A stretch of 64,000 nt of DNA from Chiloscyllium plagiosum. Lineage: Eukaryota. The DNA is taken from contig NC_057719.1 in NCBI RefSeq assembly GCF_004010195.1, positions 89,403,403-89,467,402 of the forward strand, written 5' to 3'. The position numbers were made by a program, and so were the translations under genes. The first letter of the stretch is position 1, and every line of letters starts with the position of its first letter. Under the pieces are notes generated by a model. That model was not told the origin of the DNA and made no database searches. It worked only from the letters and a program-made list of their open reading frames with translations. This document shows positions 1 through 13,275 of this stretch, piece by piece.

Positions 1-505
1 GCCTCTATTTTTTCAAACCGAAATTAAAGCTCCAACAACACTGTACCGTCAAACAGACTCAGGACAGATACAGCCAGAGTGTTACAGACTAACCGTACAC
101 CTCAAAGCTCAATTGCTTCAGCTATCACCCAAGAACTACAATAACTTCAGCACAACTACAACTCTCCTGTCTCAACAACTCAGCCTTTTGACTGCTTGCT
201 TAATAGCTGCACTAGTTACCTTCAGGCATCTCGTTTTCAAACTTCAATCCCTGTTAAATCACTTTCAGTTCATTCATATCTGCCTTTAAACTAATCAGTT
301 GCTCACCTCTCTGAACCTCCAGCTATGGTCATTCAAATAACACGTTTCGTTTTCTGCATACAATCAGAATTGGAAGCGGCCACTCAGTCCATAATAATGC
401 TCCATGGAGAAAAACTGTTATTATTAGATATCCACTGGAAGTTTATTTTCATGGCAAGCTGATCAAAGTTCCTTGTGCAGTCACTCATCTCTGCTGCCAT
501 CTCCC

Positions 506-1174
506 TGTTTGAAGATGTGGCCATACTATACCTTTAAGAGAGTAAAAGCTAGCAGTGACAGTACCAAGTGTTCTCAATAAGACACAATGTAATATGTGCT
601 CCAGCTACTGGGAGCTGGTTCCCTGGAAACGACAAAACAGATTCGAATTAGGCCAATCAGTTTAAATTATACATCAAAAAAAAACAAATTCCATTCAAGT
701 TTGAACTGAGTATATTGATGTTCTTAAAAACATGCTCCAATGCTTTGGGATATAAGACAGAGGAAAACTGAACAGTTGGGGGAGAACTGCCACCAACCCA
801 ACAGCTGTAGACTGCAAGTCAGAACTCAGAGGTACCTGCACAGAGAAAAACCCTCAACTGACCTGGAGAGCCAATCTACTGACGAAGACTAAGAGAAGAT
901 TCGACTGCTGGCTGGTTTTAACATTTGAATTTTTCTGTAAATCTTAATGGGAGTTTTGTCAAACTAATACTATAGAAGAGAAGGTAAAAAGATAGGTTAG
1001 AAGAAGGAATTGTAAATAGCTGTTAATTATTCTCTGTTATGCTTTAAGAAATAAAGTTGTTAATTTTTACTTTAAATAGTTCTTGGACACTACTTTTTAT
1101 AGATTACTGCACGGGATACATCTTTTCTGTGTCGCTGATTTTAAATTAAGGAGTGTTTACTCCTTGTCATAACA
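506..1174 (+). mobile_element. Solo LTR (Gypsy-type)
   Basis: TGTT...AACA termini with a 4-bp TSD TCCC (502-505 / 1175-1178). Internal CCAAT (~653), TATAA (~750) and AATAAA (~1050). Confidence 0.8.
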
Positions 1175-1323
1175 TCCCTCATAGGCAGCAAGTTCCAGTC
1201 ACACAAACTCGCTAAGAAAAGGCTCTTTTTCACGTCCAAAACCTTAATCTGCTGTACTATAGCTCTGGTACCTAAAAAAAAGGGAAGGTCTTTCCTTTGT
1301 TCACTTTATTGAAACATGTTATA

Positions 1324-1460
1324 GCTGAAAATGTGTTGCTGGAAAAGCGCAGCAGGTCAGGCAGCATTCAAGGAGCAGGAGAATCGACGTTTCGGGCATG
1401 AGCCCTTCTTCAGGAAGGGCTCATGCCCAATCTCCAGCATCTGCAGTCCTCACTTTTTCC
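1324..1460. mobile_element. PLE pseudo-LTR family A, fold-back insertion
   Basis: 14-bp TSD TGAAACATGTTATA (1310-1323 / 1461-1474). Inverted arm plus direct arm. Hammerhead core on the minus strand at 1386-1413. Confidence 0.85.
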
Positions 1461-1597
1461 TGAAACATGTTATAATCTTGTATACAAGATAACATTGAGT
1501 GACAACCTGCTCTGGCTGTTTGTTGAAATTTGAACCTTAATTCTGGACAATGAAACAAAGTTAGATCTGATCTACAGATAACTGGCCTAATATTATC

Positions 1598-1625
1598 CTG
1601 AAGAAGGGCTAATGCCCGAAACGTC
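1598..1625 (+). ncRNA. Minimal type I hammerhead ribozyme core (PLE-associated)
   Basis: CUGAAGA-A-GGGC(UAAU)GCCC-GAAA-CG-UC. Catalytic boxes intact, with a palindromic ACGU in place of stem III. Confidence 0.7.
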
Positions 1626-1723
1626 GATTCTCCTGTTCCCTAGATGCTGCCTGACCTGCTACGCTTTTCCAGCAACACATTTCCATCTCTGATCTCCAGC
1701 ATCTGCAGACCTCACTTTCTCCT
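1598..1723 (+). mobile_element. PLE pseudo-LTR family A monomer
   Basis: 11-bp TSD CTAATATTATC (1587-1597 / 1724-1734). Begins CTGAAGAAGGGCTAATGCCCGAAACGTC. Confidence 0.85.
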
Positions 1724-1827
1724 CTAATATTATCACAACAGACGGCTCTAGCAGTTTCTTCTTTGCTATAACTAACTTTAGTTTAACGCATAAAGACTTT
1801 TATTAGCAAATTATAAGTCTAATCCTG

Positions 1828-2374
1828 TGTTGACTTGGTTCACCCGAGAACGTGTATAGGGTATAAGCAGGCAGGGGATAAGTTCTGAGTTTTATGAAAC
1901 AAGAAGTTCAGCTGAGCATGACTCAGATCAGATAAGAACTTGCAGTAAACAATGAGGTGCTGGAGGTAAGGATAATGGCTTAACAAGGTGAAAAAGCATT
2001 CATTATGTGGAGCCATTTAACAAGACGAGGTAGCATTCAGCAACTGAGGTCAGGTTAACAAGGTGAAAAGTATTCATTACGTGAAACCAGTTATTCATTA
2101 TGTAAAAGCAGATGGTTTAATATTTAATGTTATCAGTCTCTGATCGTAACGGTAACCCAATTTATATGTATGTTGCCTTATCTGGATGCTCCTCCCTGTA
2201 AGATGGCTATATAGTTCATTGAGAAACTGCTCTTCCAGAAAGACAGCGAACTCATGCCCCTGTGCACATGGGCAATCGTTCTCTCTCCCTCCAGGGCTCA
2301 GAATAAAGATGAAGGAAGTAAAACTATGCAGTGTCTGAGCATTTTCCTTCAGCTAAAGGGTGAACGGAACAACA
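1828..2374 (+). mobile_element. Solo-LTR-like element
   Basis: TGTTG...CAACA ends with a subterminal inverted match TTCACCC/GGGTGAA. TATA-like site (~2208) and AATAAA (~2302). A second copy lies at ~4805-5270. No clear TSD. Confidence 0.6.
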
Positions 2375-3699
2375 CGCCTATACAAAGTATAGTCATCGTC
2401 AGCAATGATAAACATAACATGTTGCTTACCAAAGCAAAGTTCCAAGACTTAAGCTTGTATTTTTTCAATCAATCAATTTGAGAATACTATTTAAAAACAT
2501 TTGTGCTTCTTGCACACATTGTCGTTTTGGTTTAATCAATGTTCTCAAAGAAATGTAACTTTGACTTGTTACCAGCTCAAAATGTTTTGCAAATGAAGTG
2601 GTTCCTTTGATACCTTTATAACTTTAACCATAAACAGCTCAGCTATAACTTAGATAATTTCCACACTTACATCATCTCAATCATCATTATGATAGCAGAA
2701 GCCATGTCAGAAACAAGCAATTTCCTATTCCTGCGAGTTAATCATCAATTGGATATTTTTTAAAAATTCTCCAGTGACTCCACAGTCAGAATTTGGCAGT
2801 TCAGAGCTGATCCAATCTACCAACATGATGATGTTTCTCAGTAAAATGTCACAATCCAAGATATTTCACAACTTCCATAGGATACAAGATCCAACAACAC
2901 ATTTCTCTTAAGGAACAGCTCCTTAGTGCTGTGGTAGTGCCTGTACCTCTAACACAAAAGGCCCATCTGCCCCATAGGTATGTTATAAGATGGTCAAAAA
3001 GGTTCATTAGCAATAACTGGTTGATCTGAGGATATAATTCTCATTTTAGTGCTCTTACAGCAAACAGGTAGTGTCTCTACCTCTAGATCAGGAATCCTGG
3101 TAGGGGCATGGGAACAAGTCCAACTTCAGTCTAAGTTGTACTCAAGTCAGGCCGGTGTGCTCACCAGTCCATCAATATTGGAACTCCGTGCAGAATAGAA
3201 CTGCAAATGTACTTACACTGCATCTGGTGCTATGGTACATGTTAGCGGCTCACAACCTTTTCAAGGATAATTAGGAATGGACAGTCAAGCCCATTTCACC
3301 ATTCAAAAAAATTGAGACGAATCATTTTACTTCAAATTTCCACCTAACCAACAAAATCCTTCTTGCTCATCAAGAATATTCCAAGATTCTGCATCCACTG
3401 CTAAGATTTACAAAGATTCCCAATCCTCAGGGAAAAAAAAACTATCTTTGGTATTTTTTGATTCATTCATGGAAGATAGGCCGGTATCTATTGTCCATTC
3501 CTAGTTGCCCTTGAGGTAGTGACAGTGAGCTGCCTCTTGAACCACTGTAGTCCATTTGGTTTTGGAAGATCAACAAAACCACGAAAGAGGAAGTTCCAGA
3601 ATTCTGGTCTAGTGACTCAGCAGGAACGGTGATATATTTCCAAGTCAGGTGGTCAGTGGCTTGGACAGCAATTTGCAAGTAACATTTCCATGTATTCCT

Positions 3700-4460
3700 A
3701 ACCTGGATCAGGAATCAGGCTATTTTCAAACTTGTAATGAGGTAAAGTTAACAAATGATATCACAGTAAAAGATCCCTTAAGGAACAGCAACCATAACAC
3801 GGGAGAACTTACTCCGCAGTTTGAGAGGGAGGAATATGGGTCATAAACAAACATGCTAAGCTTAAGTGGGAGGAATTTCAATGAAATGAGGGCAATGCTA
3901 ACCAAAGTGGGCTGGGAAACTGGTTGAACAGTAAAAACAGTTGAGAAAAGACATAAGAAATTATTTCATGGAAATATATATCCCAGTGAGAAAGGAGGAT
4001 TCTAGGAGTTAAGTAAGCCAACCACGGTTAACCCAGGAAGATAAGGACGTTAGATTCAAAGAAAGAACATAAAACATGGCAAAGACTAGGAGTAAGACAG
4101 CTGATTGTGAAGATTTTAAGTAGTAAAAGACAACCCAAAATAGAAGGAGAGATAAACTTGGCATGTAAACTTGGAAGTAATATCAAGAAAGAAATTCTTT
4201 AAATATAGAAAAATTAAGAAAAAGGCCTAAGTGAGAGAACAAAGCTGTGGAAATAATAATAAAAATAACAACCAGGAAATGGAAGAGGCGATAATAAATA
4301 CTTTGCAGTTTTTGGAGCAGTAGTACTATGCTAAAATAACATTGCAACGTTACTAAATGAAGCAGCAGCAAAAGAAAAAGAGGAAATAAACACCAAAAAC
4401 ATCATTAGAGAAAAAGTGTTTGAGAAATGAATGGGGCTAAAAACCTGAAGTCCCCTGGAC
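3700..4460 (+). mobile_element. Old CR1 LINE fragment (EN/linker region), continuing at ~6120-6620
   Basis: Decayed CR1 ORF2 motifs (…DPLRNSNHN…, KSPG). The 3' part resumes after nested insertions. Confidence 0.6.
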
Positions 4461-4800
4461 ACAGTCACAGTTATCAAAATTTACACGCAGAAACAGACCC
4501 TTTGGTGCAACTCATCCATGTCGACCAGATATCCTCAATTAATCTTGTCCCATTTGCCAGCACTCAGCCCATATTCATCAAAACTCTTCTTGTTCACATA
4601 CCCATCCAAATGCCTTTTAAAAGTGTTGTCCCAACAGACTCCACTACTTCCTCTGGCAGCTCATTCCACACATGCACCACCCTCCGCAGGGAAAAACAGT
4701 TGCCCCATAGATCTCTTTTAAGTCTTTCCCCCTCACCCTAAACCTATGCCCTACAGTTCTGGACACCCCGCCCCTAAACCACTTCAAGGAAAATACCTTG
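4461..4800 (-). mobile_element. CR1 (HER1-like) 3' end
   Basis: Same 3' tail as the CR1s at 11788, 15927 and 30425. Confidence 0.75.
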
Positions 4801-4804
4801 TCTT

Positions 4805-5270
4805 GAGAATGTATATAGTGTATGAGCAGGTAGAGAAAGAGTTATGCTTTGAGTCTTGTGAAACAAGAGGTTCAGCTAAGCATGACTCACATCAGATAAG
4901 AACTTGTGGTTAACAATGGGGTGCTGGAGGCAAGGGTAATGGGTTAACAAGGTGGAAAAACAGTCACTATGTAAAGCCATTTAATAATATTGGAACCATT
5001 CAGTATGCAAGGTCAGCTAACAAGGGGAAAGAGTATCCATTGTATGAATCCAGTTAATAAAGTTAAGAACATTCATTGGATAACAGTAAAAGACTTTATC
5101 TCTGCTATTGATACTCATTGATTGTAACAGTCACCCAATTAATATGTATGTTGCCATATCTGGATGCTCCTCCCTGTAAATAATTATATAGTTCATTGAG
5201 AAACTGCTGTTCCAGAGAAGACCGTGAACTCATGTCTCTGTGCACGAGTGATCGTTCTCTCTCCCTCCAG
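4805..5270 (+). mobile_element. Truncated copy of the LTR-like element at 1828-2374
   Basis: Colinear similarity (CAGATAAGAACTTG, CTGGATGCTCCTCCCTGTAA, GTTCATTGAGAAACTGCT). Confidence 0.7.
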
Positions 5271-5271
5271 C

Positions 5272-6120
5272 GTCTACAGGAAAACAACACATACAGACCA
5301 AACAATGAACTACAGAAGCAATCACCCCAACATCCACAAACGATGCTGCATCAGAACATTATTCCAACGAGCCACCACACACTGCAGCATAGAAGAACAG
5401 AGCAGCGGAAAATCACCTATACTGTGTATTCAAAAGGAATAGGTACCCAATGAACACAGTCCGCCAATTTCTCAGCAACAACCCAATCAAGCAGACAAAA
5501 CACGTTCAGCAAACCGAGTCACTTTCCCCTTGAGCAAAGACATCTCGGAAATGACTGCCGGGCTACTCAGACCTTTTGGCATCATGGTAGCCCACAAACA
5601 AACCAACACACTAAAACAGCAATTAATGAACTTGAAAGACGCTACACAGACAACAAGCAAAACTAATGTCATTTACAAAATACCGTGCAAGAACTGTAAC
5701 AAACACTACATTGGACAAACAGGCAGAAAACTAGCCACCAGGATACATGAACATCAACTAACCACAAAATGACATGACTAGTATCCTTACATACAGATAA
5801 GGAAGGGCACCACTTCGACTGAGACAACACATCCATCCTAGGACAAATCAAACAGAGACACAACGAGAATTCCTAGAAGCATGGCATTGCAACCGGAACT
5901 CTATCAACAAACAAATCGAGTTAGACCCACTTACCACCCCCCTGAGAAAAAGAACAGGAAATGACATCACCAACCCAAAGAAACCCAAACATATAAATAG
6001 AAAGCAAGAAACATCAGCAGTGCTTCGTCCAGAGGCTCGTTGAAGATGTTACCTAGTATGGTGACGAAACATCGGAAAATGAATCTTCCAGCTCAGCGAG
6101 CAAACCTATATCCATAAAAC
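5272..6120 (+). mobile_element. Penelope-like element 3' part (RT thumb plus GIY-YIG endonuclease), family D
   Basis: ORF 5530-5772 TNVIYKIPCKNCNKHYIGQTGRKLATRIHEH is a PLE GIY-YIG domain. A decayed hammerhead follows at 6040-6073 (TTGAAGA-T-GTTACC/GGTGAC-GAAA). Confidence 0.9.
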
Positions 6121-6649
6121 AAAGCTCTAGTATGCACGTAATAGGGAAAGCAAATGGAATGCGGGACTTTATTTCACAGGGAATGGAAGGAAAGGGAGGT
6201 CTTGTTAAAGCTATAAGGCACTAGCCAGAGCACAACTGGAATACTGTGAACAATTTTGGACTCTGTCTAATTAAAGATATACTGGCACTGAAGATTGTCT
6301 GCAGAAGCTCTACTTGGCTGATCCTAGATGGACAGACTATCATATGAGTCGGTTGGGTCTGTACTCATTGGAGTTTAGAAAAGTGAAAGGGCATCTTATT
6401 GAAATATGTAAGATTCTTAAGGACTTGATGAGGTACAGTTGTTTTCCCTTTTGGGAAAGACTAGGACCAGAGGGGATAATTGTAGAATGAGGGGTCGCAT
6501 GATTAAGACAGAAGACGACAAATTTCTTCTCCGGGGGTAGTCAATTTGCGGAATTCTTCAATGGCAGATGACTACTGTGACTGGGACAACGAGATAGACA
6601 GATTTAGTCAGACCCTCAGCATGCTACTCTTATTCCTATCATGATATTC

Positions 6650-7010
6650 CAGCTGTTTGGCTTGTCTCCAGAAACATCTTATCTTTAATTTTTTTGTAAT
6701 TATCGCTCTGCCTCAATTAATTGGATTGTACATCAACTTTCACTAACTGTTCAGCTATTGACATTTAACTCATACTGTCTGACACTTTTGATCATCTGCA
6801 GAGATGTATTATTCGACACTTCACTCATACCATTTCAAATGACCTTTTGATCTCTCTGCTTATAAATTCCGTGCTTTATGTTTTTATTCACCTAATGAAG
6901 GGGGAGCAGTCTGAAGACTTGTGATCTCAAATAAACCTGTTGGGACTATAACCTGGTGTTGTGCAACTTCTAAGCTTGTCCACCCCAATCCAACACCAGC
7001 ACCTCCACTT
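6650..7010 (+). mobile_element. Decayed PLE 3' UTR / pseudo-LTR family B
   Basis: Tail AATAAACCTGTTGG(G)ACTATAACCTGGTGTTGTG shared with 8300-8400 and 36421-36603. Confidence 0.6.
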
Positions 7011-7194
7011 CTAGGTGGTAGTAACCAATATCAAAAATTACTTTTCAAAAGCTAGCTAGTTCTCCCTCCTTTTGATAACCTTAACTGGTTCACACCAGAG
7101 CTGGATTCAAACTCAACCAGGCCAATTTATAGGATTCACAGCCAAAACCTGCTAAGTTAAAAGATTAATTTGTACTCTCTAGACATTAGCGTCA

Positions 7195-7812
7195 TGTTAA
7201 AGGGTTAAACTGTACTGTATTTCTCCAATAAGTTGAACATTCTAGAAGTGGATGGGGGTGACATTCTCTCACAAACAGCATGCAAGAATTTAGATGACCA
7301 TCCACTGTAACGGACACTTCATTTGGGCAGCCATTTAGAACTATTCTACTGCTATCACCAGATTAAACTCTCATTCAGTTCCTTCCATTCATAAATGGTT
7401 TCATAGCCATCAACCAACCAAATTCATCTGTGTGATCATCCCTGAAGCTAGGGCATATCACACCTATATCGTCTCGGGGAATCACAGGGTCAGGAAATCA
7501 TCTGCATAACGATGACCCAGGATTAGGGCATTTACAGTATCGTCGATAATGACCTCATCCTACCATTGAATCTGGGGTAATGTGGTTATGGGGTGGGTGG
7601 GTTGACAAGAGTACGTGTGAACATTACCAACTGACCTGTATAAAGGGGTTGTGTTTCCTTTGTTCGGGGTCTCTTTGCCTCAACTTCACAAGCCTGCGGT
7701 GAGTGTCAGAGGGTCACTTAGCTTGCACAGATTTTAATAAACTTCAACTGTTTGCAGACATTGTTGTGGGACAATTGCATCTCGTGTGAAACCTCAGGAA
7801 AAGAATCTAACA
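7195..7812 (+). mobile_element. Possible solo LTR
   Basis: TGTTA...TAACA ends, TATAAAA (~7639) and AATAAA (~7736). No TSD seen. Confidence 0.4.
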
Positions 7813-8299
7813 AACTGACCAAGGAATCCAAATTGGTTCAATAGTCTCCAATTTGGGGATAGAAACTAATGTTTATGGATAACTTTATGGATAGCTGTTA
7901 TTCAGATCAATGAGTTTAATCAGAGGTGTTAAAATTTGTATGGTTTGATAGAAAGGGTGATTTGAAATTAGTTCCAATGACCAGTATGAACAGGATGACA
8001 AAGTTAAAACAATCACCAACAAAAAAATGGGTTCAAAGATTACTTTCCTTCAGGTAGTGAATGCGACACGAAATACCCTTACAATCAGATTTTCCAAGAA
8101 TTAAAATGCTGTGGATAATTATTTCAAAGACAAAGTGAGCAATAAGGAAAGAAAATTAACATTTTGAAAATACACCCATTTTCATCCTTTAGTCCAAAAT
8201 GAATTCTCACTTATACACGCAAACTTCCAACTGTCTTTAGTAACTGGTTCCTTAGTAACATTCTGTTCCCAACTTCACACGATGTAATGCCTCTCAAGT

Positions 8300-8402
8300 T
8301 AAAAATCACACAACACCAGGTTATAGTCCAACAGGTATAATCTGGCATTGTGAGATTTTTAACTTTATCCACCTCAGTCCAACACTAGTTCTTCCACATC
8401 TC
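8300..8402. mobile_element. PLE family B fold-back remnant
   Basis: AAAAATCACACAACACCAGGTTATA ... TATAATCTGGCATTGTGAGATTTTT inverted arms, flanked by repeated CAAGTTA. Confidence 0.6.
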
Positions 8403-9640
8403 CTAACAAGTTATTACCTGCAAACTTGGATATACAATTCCTGCATCCTTTTACCCAAGTTGTTGAACAGGTGAAATGTTCCTCACACCCCTCATTCTCC
8501 ATTCTGTATTTGATTTCACCAAGTAATCTCTACCCCAATCAAAAAATGACAAAGGTGAAATCATCAATATTAAACTGAACAGACAAAAATAAAAGGATTA
8601 CTGAGAAGGCAATCTAGTAGAATCTTTTGAACTCAATTGAGGGCCTAATCAAAACAAATTAAGTGCCAGTGAGTATGCAAACAAAAAGAGAATGAAAACA
8701 TCCACAAGGAAAGTACTTGCTCATCAGTTACAGAGACTGAATCTCACGTGAAACCTTACCAACTGTCTTTTGGAAATTAATACAATAATTAATACAGTAA
8801 TTGCAAAGACATTCCCTGTTAATGTTATTAGTGATTCCAGTTTTAACAGGGTCCACTAAACAAGACTCATTTAGCAAAGTCATACTACCAACTGCTCAAT
8901 CACTGTACCTTTAATGACCATTTCTACCAACTTTCCCACAAATAACGCAGAACTGGCATGTATGCATCAGCAATTTTCTAGTCTAAGTGACAATTTCTGA
9001 ACAGAAATAGAGATGATAACCAACTCGTCTGTTATTTCAACCTTCTTTAAGCACCCTGGTACGGACATGAAGTCGTGAAGATTTAATTATACAAAGTTGT
9101 ATGTCTCTCCCACTATTAGTACTTTGTTAATGAACCCAATGAATTTTTCATTCCCTTTCTCAACTTATTCTCAGCTTCCCTTCCATTTCAGGTATCTTAC
9201 CATTTTCCTTCACTGAACATTTCAGAAACCTACCTATAAAACTTTAAATCTATGGCCATACCCAACCATGAACAGGTGTCAATTTTACTTAGAGATATTT
9301 ATGAAAATATTTGTATCAATGCCAATGCTTTCTGATGGTTCTTTCTGCAATCTTGATATTTTCTTTAAGACTTTGTTTTCTAAGCTTCATGCAGTCTCGT
9401 GGACTACTACTTTCCTGCTATTTATCGAAGTTACTTGCTTTAGCTTTGCACGGAATTTTACTTGACATGTTGACCATGGTTGTTTGACTATATAAGTGAA
9501 TTTTTTGGCCTTTTGGGAGGTATTGTATGAAATCCCTCCTACTGTTTTTAAGTTTAGAGGCATTTGACCTAACTCATGATATTACTGTGTACTTTATTCC
9601 ATTCAAAGATTAAAGCATGTATTAACGATTGGATCTTTAT

Positions 9641-9950
9641 CATAGAATCCAGAGTGCAGAAAGAGGTTATTCAGCCCAAGGATTCTGCACCGACTCTCCA
9701 GTCAGCAATTCACCAGATCCAACCCCCTACCCAATTCTCATGTCTACCTCATCTAGCCCGCATAGTCCTGGACAATTTAGCATGGTCAATCCACCTAACC
9801 TACACATCTCCAGACAGTGGGAGAAAACAGAGCACCTCAAGAAAATGCATGCAGACACAGGGAGAATGTTCAAACCTCACAGTCACTCAAGTATGGGATC
9901 AAACCTACATCCCTGGTGCTGTGAGGCAGCAGTGCTAACCACTGAGCCAT
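9641..9950 (-). mobile_element. HE1-type V-SINE (older copy)
   Basis: Reverse tRNA-like head (GGCAGCAGTGCTAACCACTGAGCCA) and V-domain. Confidence 0.8.
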
Positions 9951-9961
9951 TAAATCCAAAA

Positions 9962-10233
9962 TGGGCAGCACGGTGACTATGGTTAGCACTGCAGCCTCAA
10001 TGCCAGGGTTCGATTCCCACCTCTAACGACTATCTTTGTGGAGTTTGCACATTCTCCCATGTCTGGTGGGTTTCCTCCGGATGCTCCGGTTTCCTCCAAC
10101 AATCCAAAAAAGGGTGAATTGGCGATGCTCAAATGCCAAGTCAGGGGTAAACACAGGGTAGGGGAATGGGTTTGGGTCAGCTTGGACTTCTTGGGCTGAA
10201 GGGCCTGTTTTCATACTGTAGGGAATTTAATCT
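9962..10233 (+). mobile_element. HE1-type V-SINE
   Basis: A/B-box head, TGTGGAGTTTGCACATTCTCCC core and GGGCCTGTTT...AATCTA tail. Head-to-head with the previous copy. Confidence 0.85.
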
Positions 10234-11197
10234 AAAACCTATCCTTGCCAAACTTTCACAAATTCAGTATTGTATGATTCTATTTGCAAACCGGGCAGAT
10301 TAAACCTGAAGTAAAATCTTGAAAGTAAAAAATCCCTGGTAGGAAGAGAAAGCCAGAAAGATTGACAATATGCTGACCATCATGACATGTGAAGCCTTTT
10401 TGATGCCAGCAGGTCCAGCTACAAACCAAAGGCCAAAATCCTCTCAACTCACAGGATACTCTCAACTTCAACAACCCCTCAACCTTGAATCCGCAGCAGT
10501 AGTTGATATTCTCAGAGGTCTTGCAATCCATATATGGACAACTGTCAATGCAACAGGCAATCAAATAGATAAAAACTAAAATCTGTGACCCCAATGTTGG
10601 TCCAGCTGAGGGTTTCAAAGATGTTGGGTTTTTTTCCTCACTTCAACACTTTGTAGGAAAAAGAACTTGCTATTCCCAACCTCAAGTGTGATGAGTAATT
10701 ACCTTCAAGGAGGGAAATAAGTGACGGAAACTTCTGAAGTATTCCTCATCATGACTACAGTAGAAAAACTTCTAACATTTTTCACCGACTTCCCATAGCT
10801 ACCAAAATCCTCTCAAACACTTGTAGCTTCACCCCTTCCAGAAAAATGCCTGATGCATCCCTACATACCTGGCAAATCCAAGAAAAATGCCAAAGACTTC
10901 AGGAACTCTTCATGGCATTCATTCATTTGATCAATGCATGTGACTCAATACATCAAAAAATTCTGATGTTTGTCTTCAAAAGATCTTATATTCAAAAAAC
11001 TTTTTCAGTAATATCTCAAATAGAATCTTCAAATCTACACCAGTGCTAAGTGAGGCTTGTGACAAACACCATGTTATTTGCAATCTGATAGTGCTATTCT
11101 TTTGTGCCAGTATTAAATACTGATGGAAACTCTAATCACAGTCACCTCCATAACAAGATGAAACTGACAATCATACACATATGATCTATGTCTGTGG

Positions 11198-11293
11198 TTC
11201 CTGATGAAGGGATTATACCCAAAACGTTGATTCTACTGCTCCTCAGATGCTGATTGACCTGCTGTGCTTTCCAGCAGCACATTCTCAACTACT
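11198..11293 (+). mobile_element. PLE family A monomer (older)
   Basis: CTGATGAAGGG...CCC-AAAACGTT, with TSD TCTGTGG. Confidence 0.7.
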
Positions 11294-11603
11294 TCTGTGG
11301 ATGACTGGTATGCCATTGCCCATTCTGTACAGGAATTGCAAGTTACTGTCAATTGCTTCCATTCCACATAAAAACTTGCCCCATTTTTGAATGTTGCCAA
11401 AACGAAAGACATACCAATTTGCACCTAGAAAACCAAATATTTCACCTTGAATATAGATTGAAGGAAAGACTCAGCATATGTTTCCCATAGGTTGGCAGCC
11501 ACCTCTCTCAAAAAGTCACCAATGACTAGGAGTAGCAACACGTCATCAGGTACAACAACTCAGCATTCTGCAAACTACTGCAGACAAACAAAGACCTCCA
11601 CAA

Positions 11604-13275
11604 GTTGAAGAATGTGGTGCTAGAAAAGCACAGCCAGTCAGGCAGCATCCAAACAACAGGAGAATCGACATTTTGGGCTTAAGACCTTCATCAGGAATTC
11701 CTGATGAAGGCTTATGTCCAAAATGTTGATCCTCCTGCTCTTTGGATGCTACCTGACCTGCTGTGCTTTTCCAGCATCACACTCAGAGTCATAGAGATGT
11801 ACAGCATGGAACCAGACCCTTCGGTCCAACCCGTCCAGATATCCCAACCCAATCTAGTCCCACCTGCCAGCACCCAGCCCATATCCCTCCAAACCTTTCC
11901 TATTCATATATCCATCGAAAGGCCTCTCACATGTTGCAATTGTACCAGCCTCCACCACATCCTCTGGCAGCTCATTCCATACACGTACCAGCCTGTATGA
12001 AAAAGCTGCCCCTTAGGTCTCTTTTATATCTTTCCCCTCTCACCCTAAACCTATGCCCTCTAGTTCTGGACTCCCCAACCCCAGGGAAAAGACTTTGCCT
12101 ATTTATCCTATCCATGCCCCTCATAATTTTGTAAACCTCTATAAGGTCACCCCCCAGCCTCCGACGCATTAGGGAAAACAGCCTCAGCCTGTTCAGCTTC
12201 TCCCTGTAGCTCAGATCCTCCAACCTTGGCAACATCCTTGTAAATCTTTTCTGAACCCTTTCAAGTTTCACAACATCTTTCCGATAGGAAGGAGACCAGA
12301 ACTGCATGGAATATTACAACAGTGGCCTAACCAATGTCCTGTACAGCCGCAACATGACCTCCCAATTCCTGTACTCAATACTCTGACCAATAAAGGAAAG
12401 CATACCAAACGCCTTCTTCACGATCCTATCTACCTGTGACTCCAATTTCAAGGAGCTATGAACCTGCACTCCAAGGTCTCTTTGTTCAGCAACACTCCCT
12501 AGGACCTTACCGTTAAGTGTATAAGTCCTGCTAAGGTTTCCTTGTGGCACTCCACTGGTCACAGGCCTCCAGTCTGAAAAACAACCATCCACCGCCACCC
12601 TCTATCTTCCACCTTTGAGCCAGTTCTGTATATAAATGGCTAGATCTCCCTGTATTCCATGAGATCTAATCTTGCTAATCAGTCTCCCATGGGGAACCTT
12701 GTCAAACGCTTGACTGAAGTACATTCAGATCACATCTACTGCTCTGCCCTCATCAATCTTCTTTGTTGCTTCATCAAAAAAACTCAATCAAGTTTGTGAG
12801 ACATGATTTCCCATGCACAAAGCCATGTTGACTATCCCGAATCAGTCCTTGCCTTTCCAAATACACGTACATCCTGTCCTTCAGGATTCCCTCTAACAAC
12901 TTGCCCACCACCGACATCAGGCTCACTGATCTATAGTTCCCTGGCTTGTCCTTACCACCCTTCTTAAACAGTGGCACCACGTTTGCCAACCTCTAGTCTT
13001 CCGGCACCTCCCCTGTGACTATCGATGATACAAATATCTCAGCAAGAGGCCCAGCAATCACTTCTCTAGCTTCCCACAGAGTTCTCGGGTACACCGAATC
13101 AGGTCCTGGGGATTTATCCACCTTTAACCATTTCAAAACATCCAGCACTTCCTCCTCTGTAATCTGGACATTTTGCAAGATGTCACCATCTATTTCCCTA
13201 CAGTTTATATCTTCCATATCCTTTTCCACAGTGACTCAGACTCTGATCTCTAGCATCTGCAGTCCTCACCTTCGC
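11604..13275. mobile_element. PLE family A fold-back split by a CR1
   Basis: Inverted arms at 11604-11787, remainder at 13241-13275. TSD at 11589-11603 / 13276-13290. Confidence 0.75.
11788..13233 (-). mobile_element. CR1 LINE, 5'-truncated with an internal deletion
   Basis: ORFs KVDKSPGPD, NVVPLFKKGGKDKPGNYR, SGVPQG, LERVQKRFTRM. TSD ACTCAGA (11781-11787 / 13234-13240). Confidence 0.95.

Noticed and set aside
1324..1723. Recurrent palindromic repeats as CRISPR-like arrays or classical MITEs
   Set aside because: They are dispersed, with variable ends and variable TSD lengths, and are linked to PLE GIY-YIG remnants in a eukaryotic context.
2635..2735. Minus-strand ATGATGA...CTGA (C/D snoRNA-like) or a small ATG-bearing exon ending GTAAGT
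   Set aside because: Box spacing is only ~50 nt with no terminal stem, the acceptor is weak, and an adjacent EVVKYLG suggests decayed retroelement.
9962..10030. tRNA-like A/B boxes (also in other SINE heads)
   Set aside because: These are tRNA-derived SINE heads, not tRNA genes.
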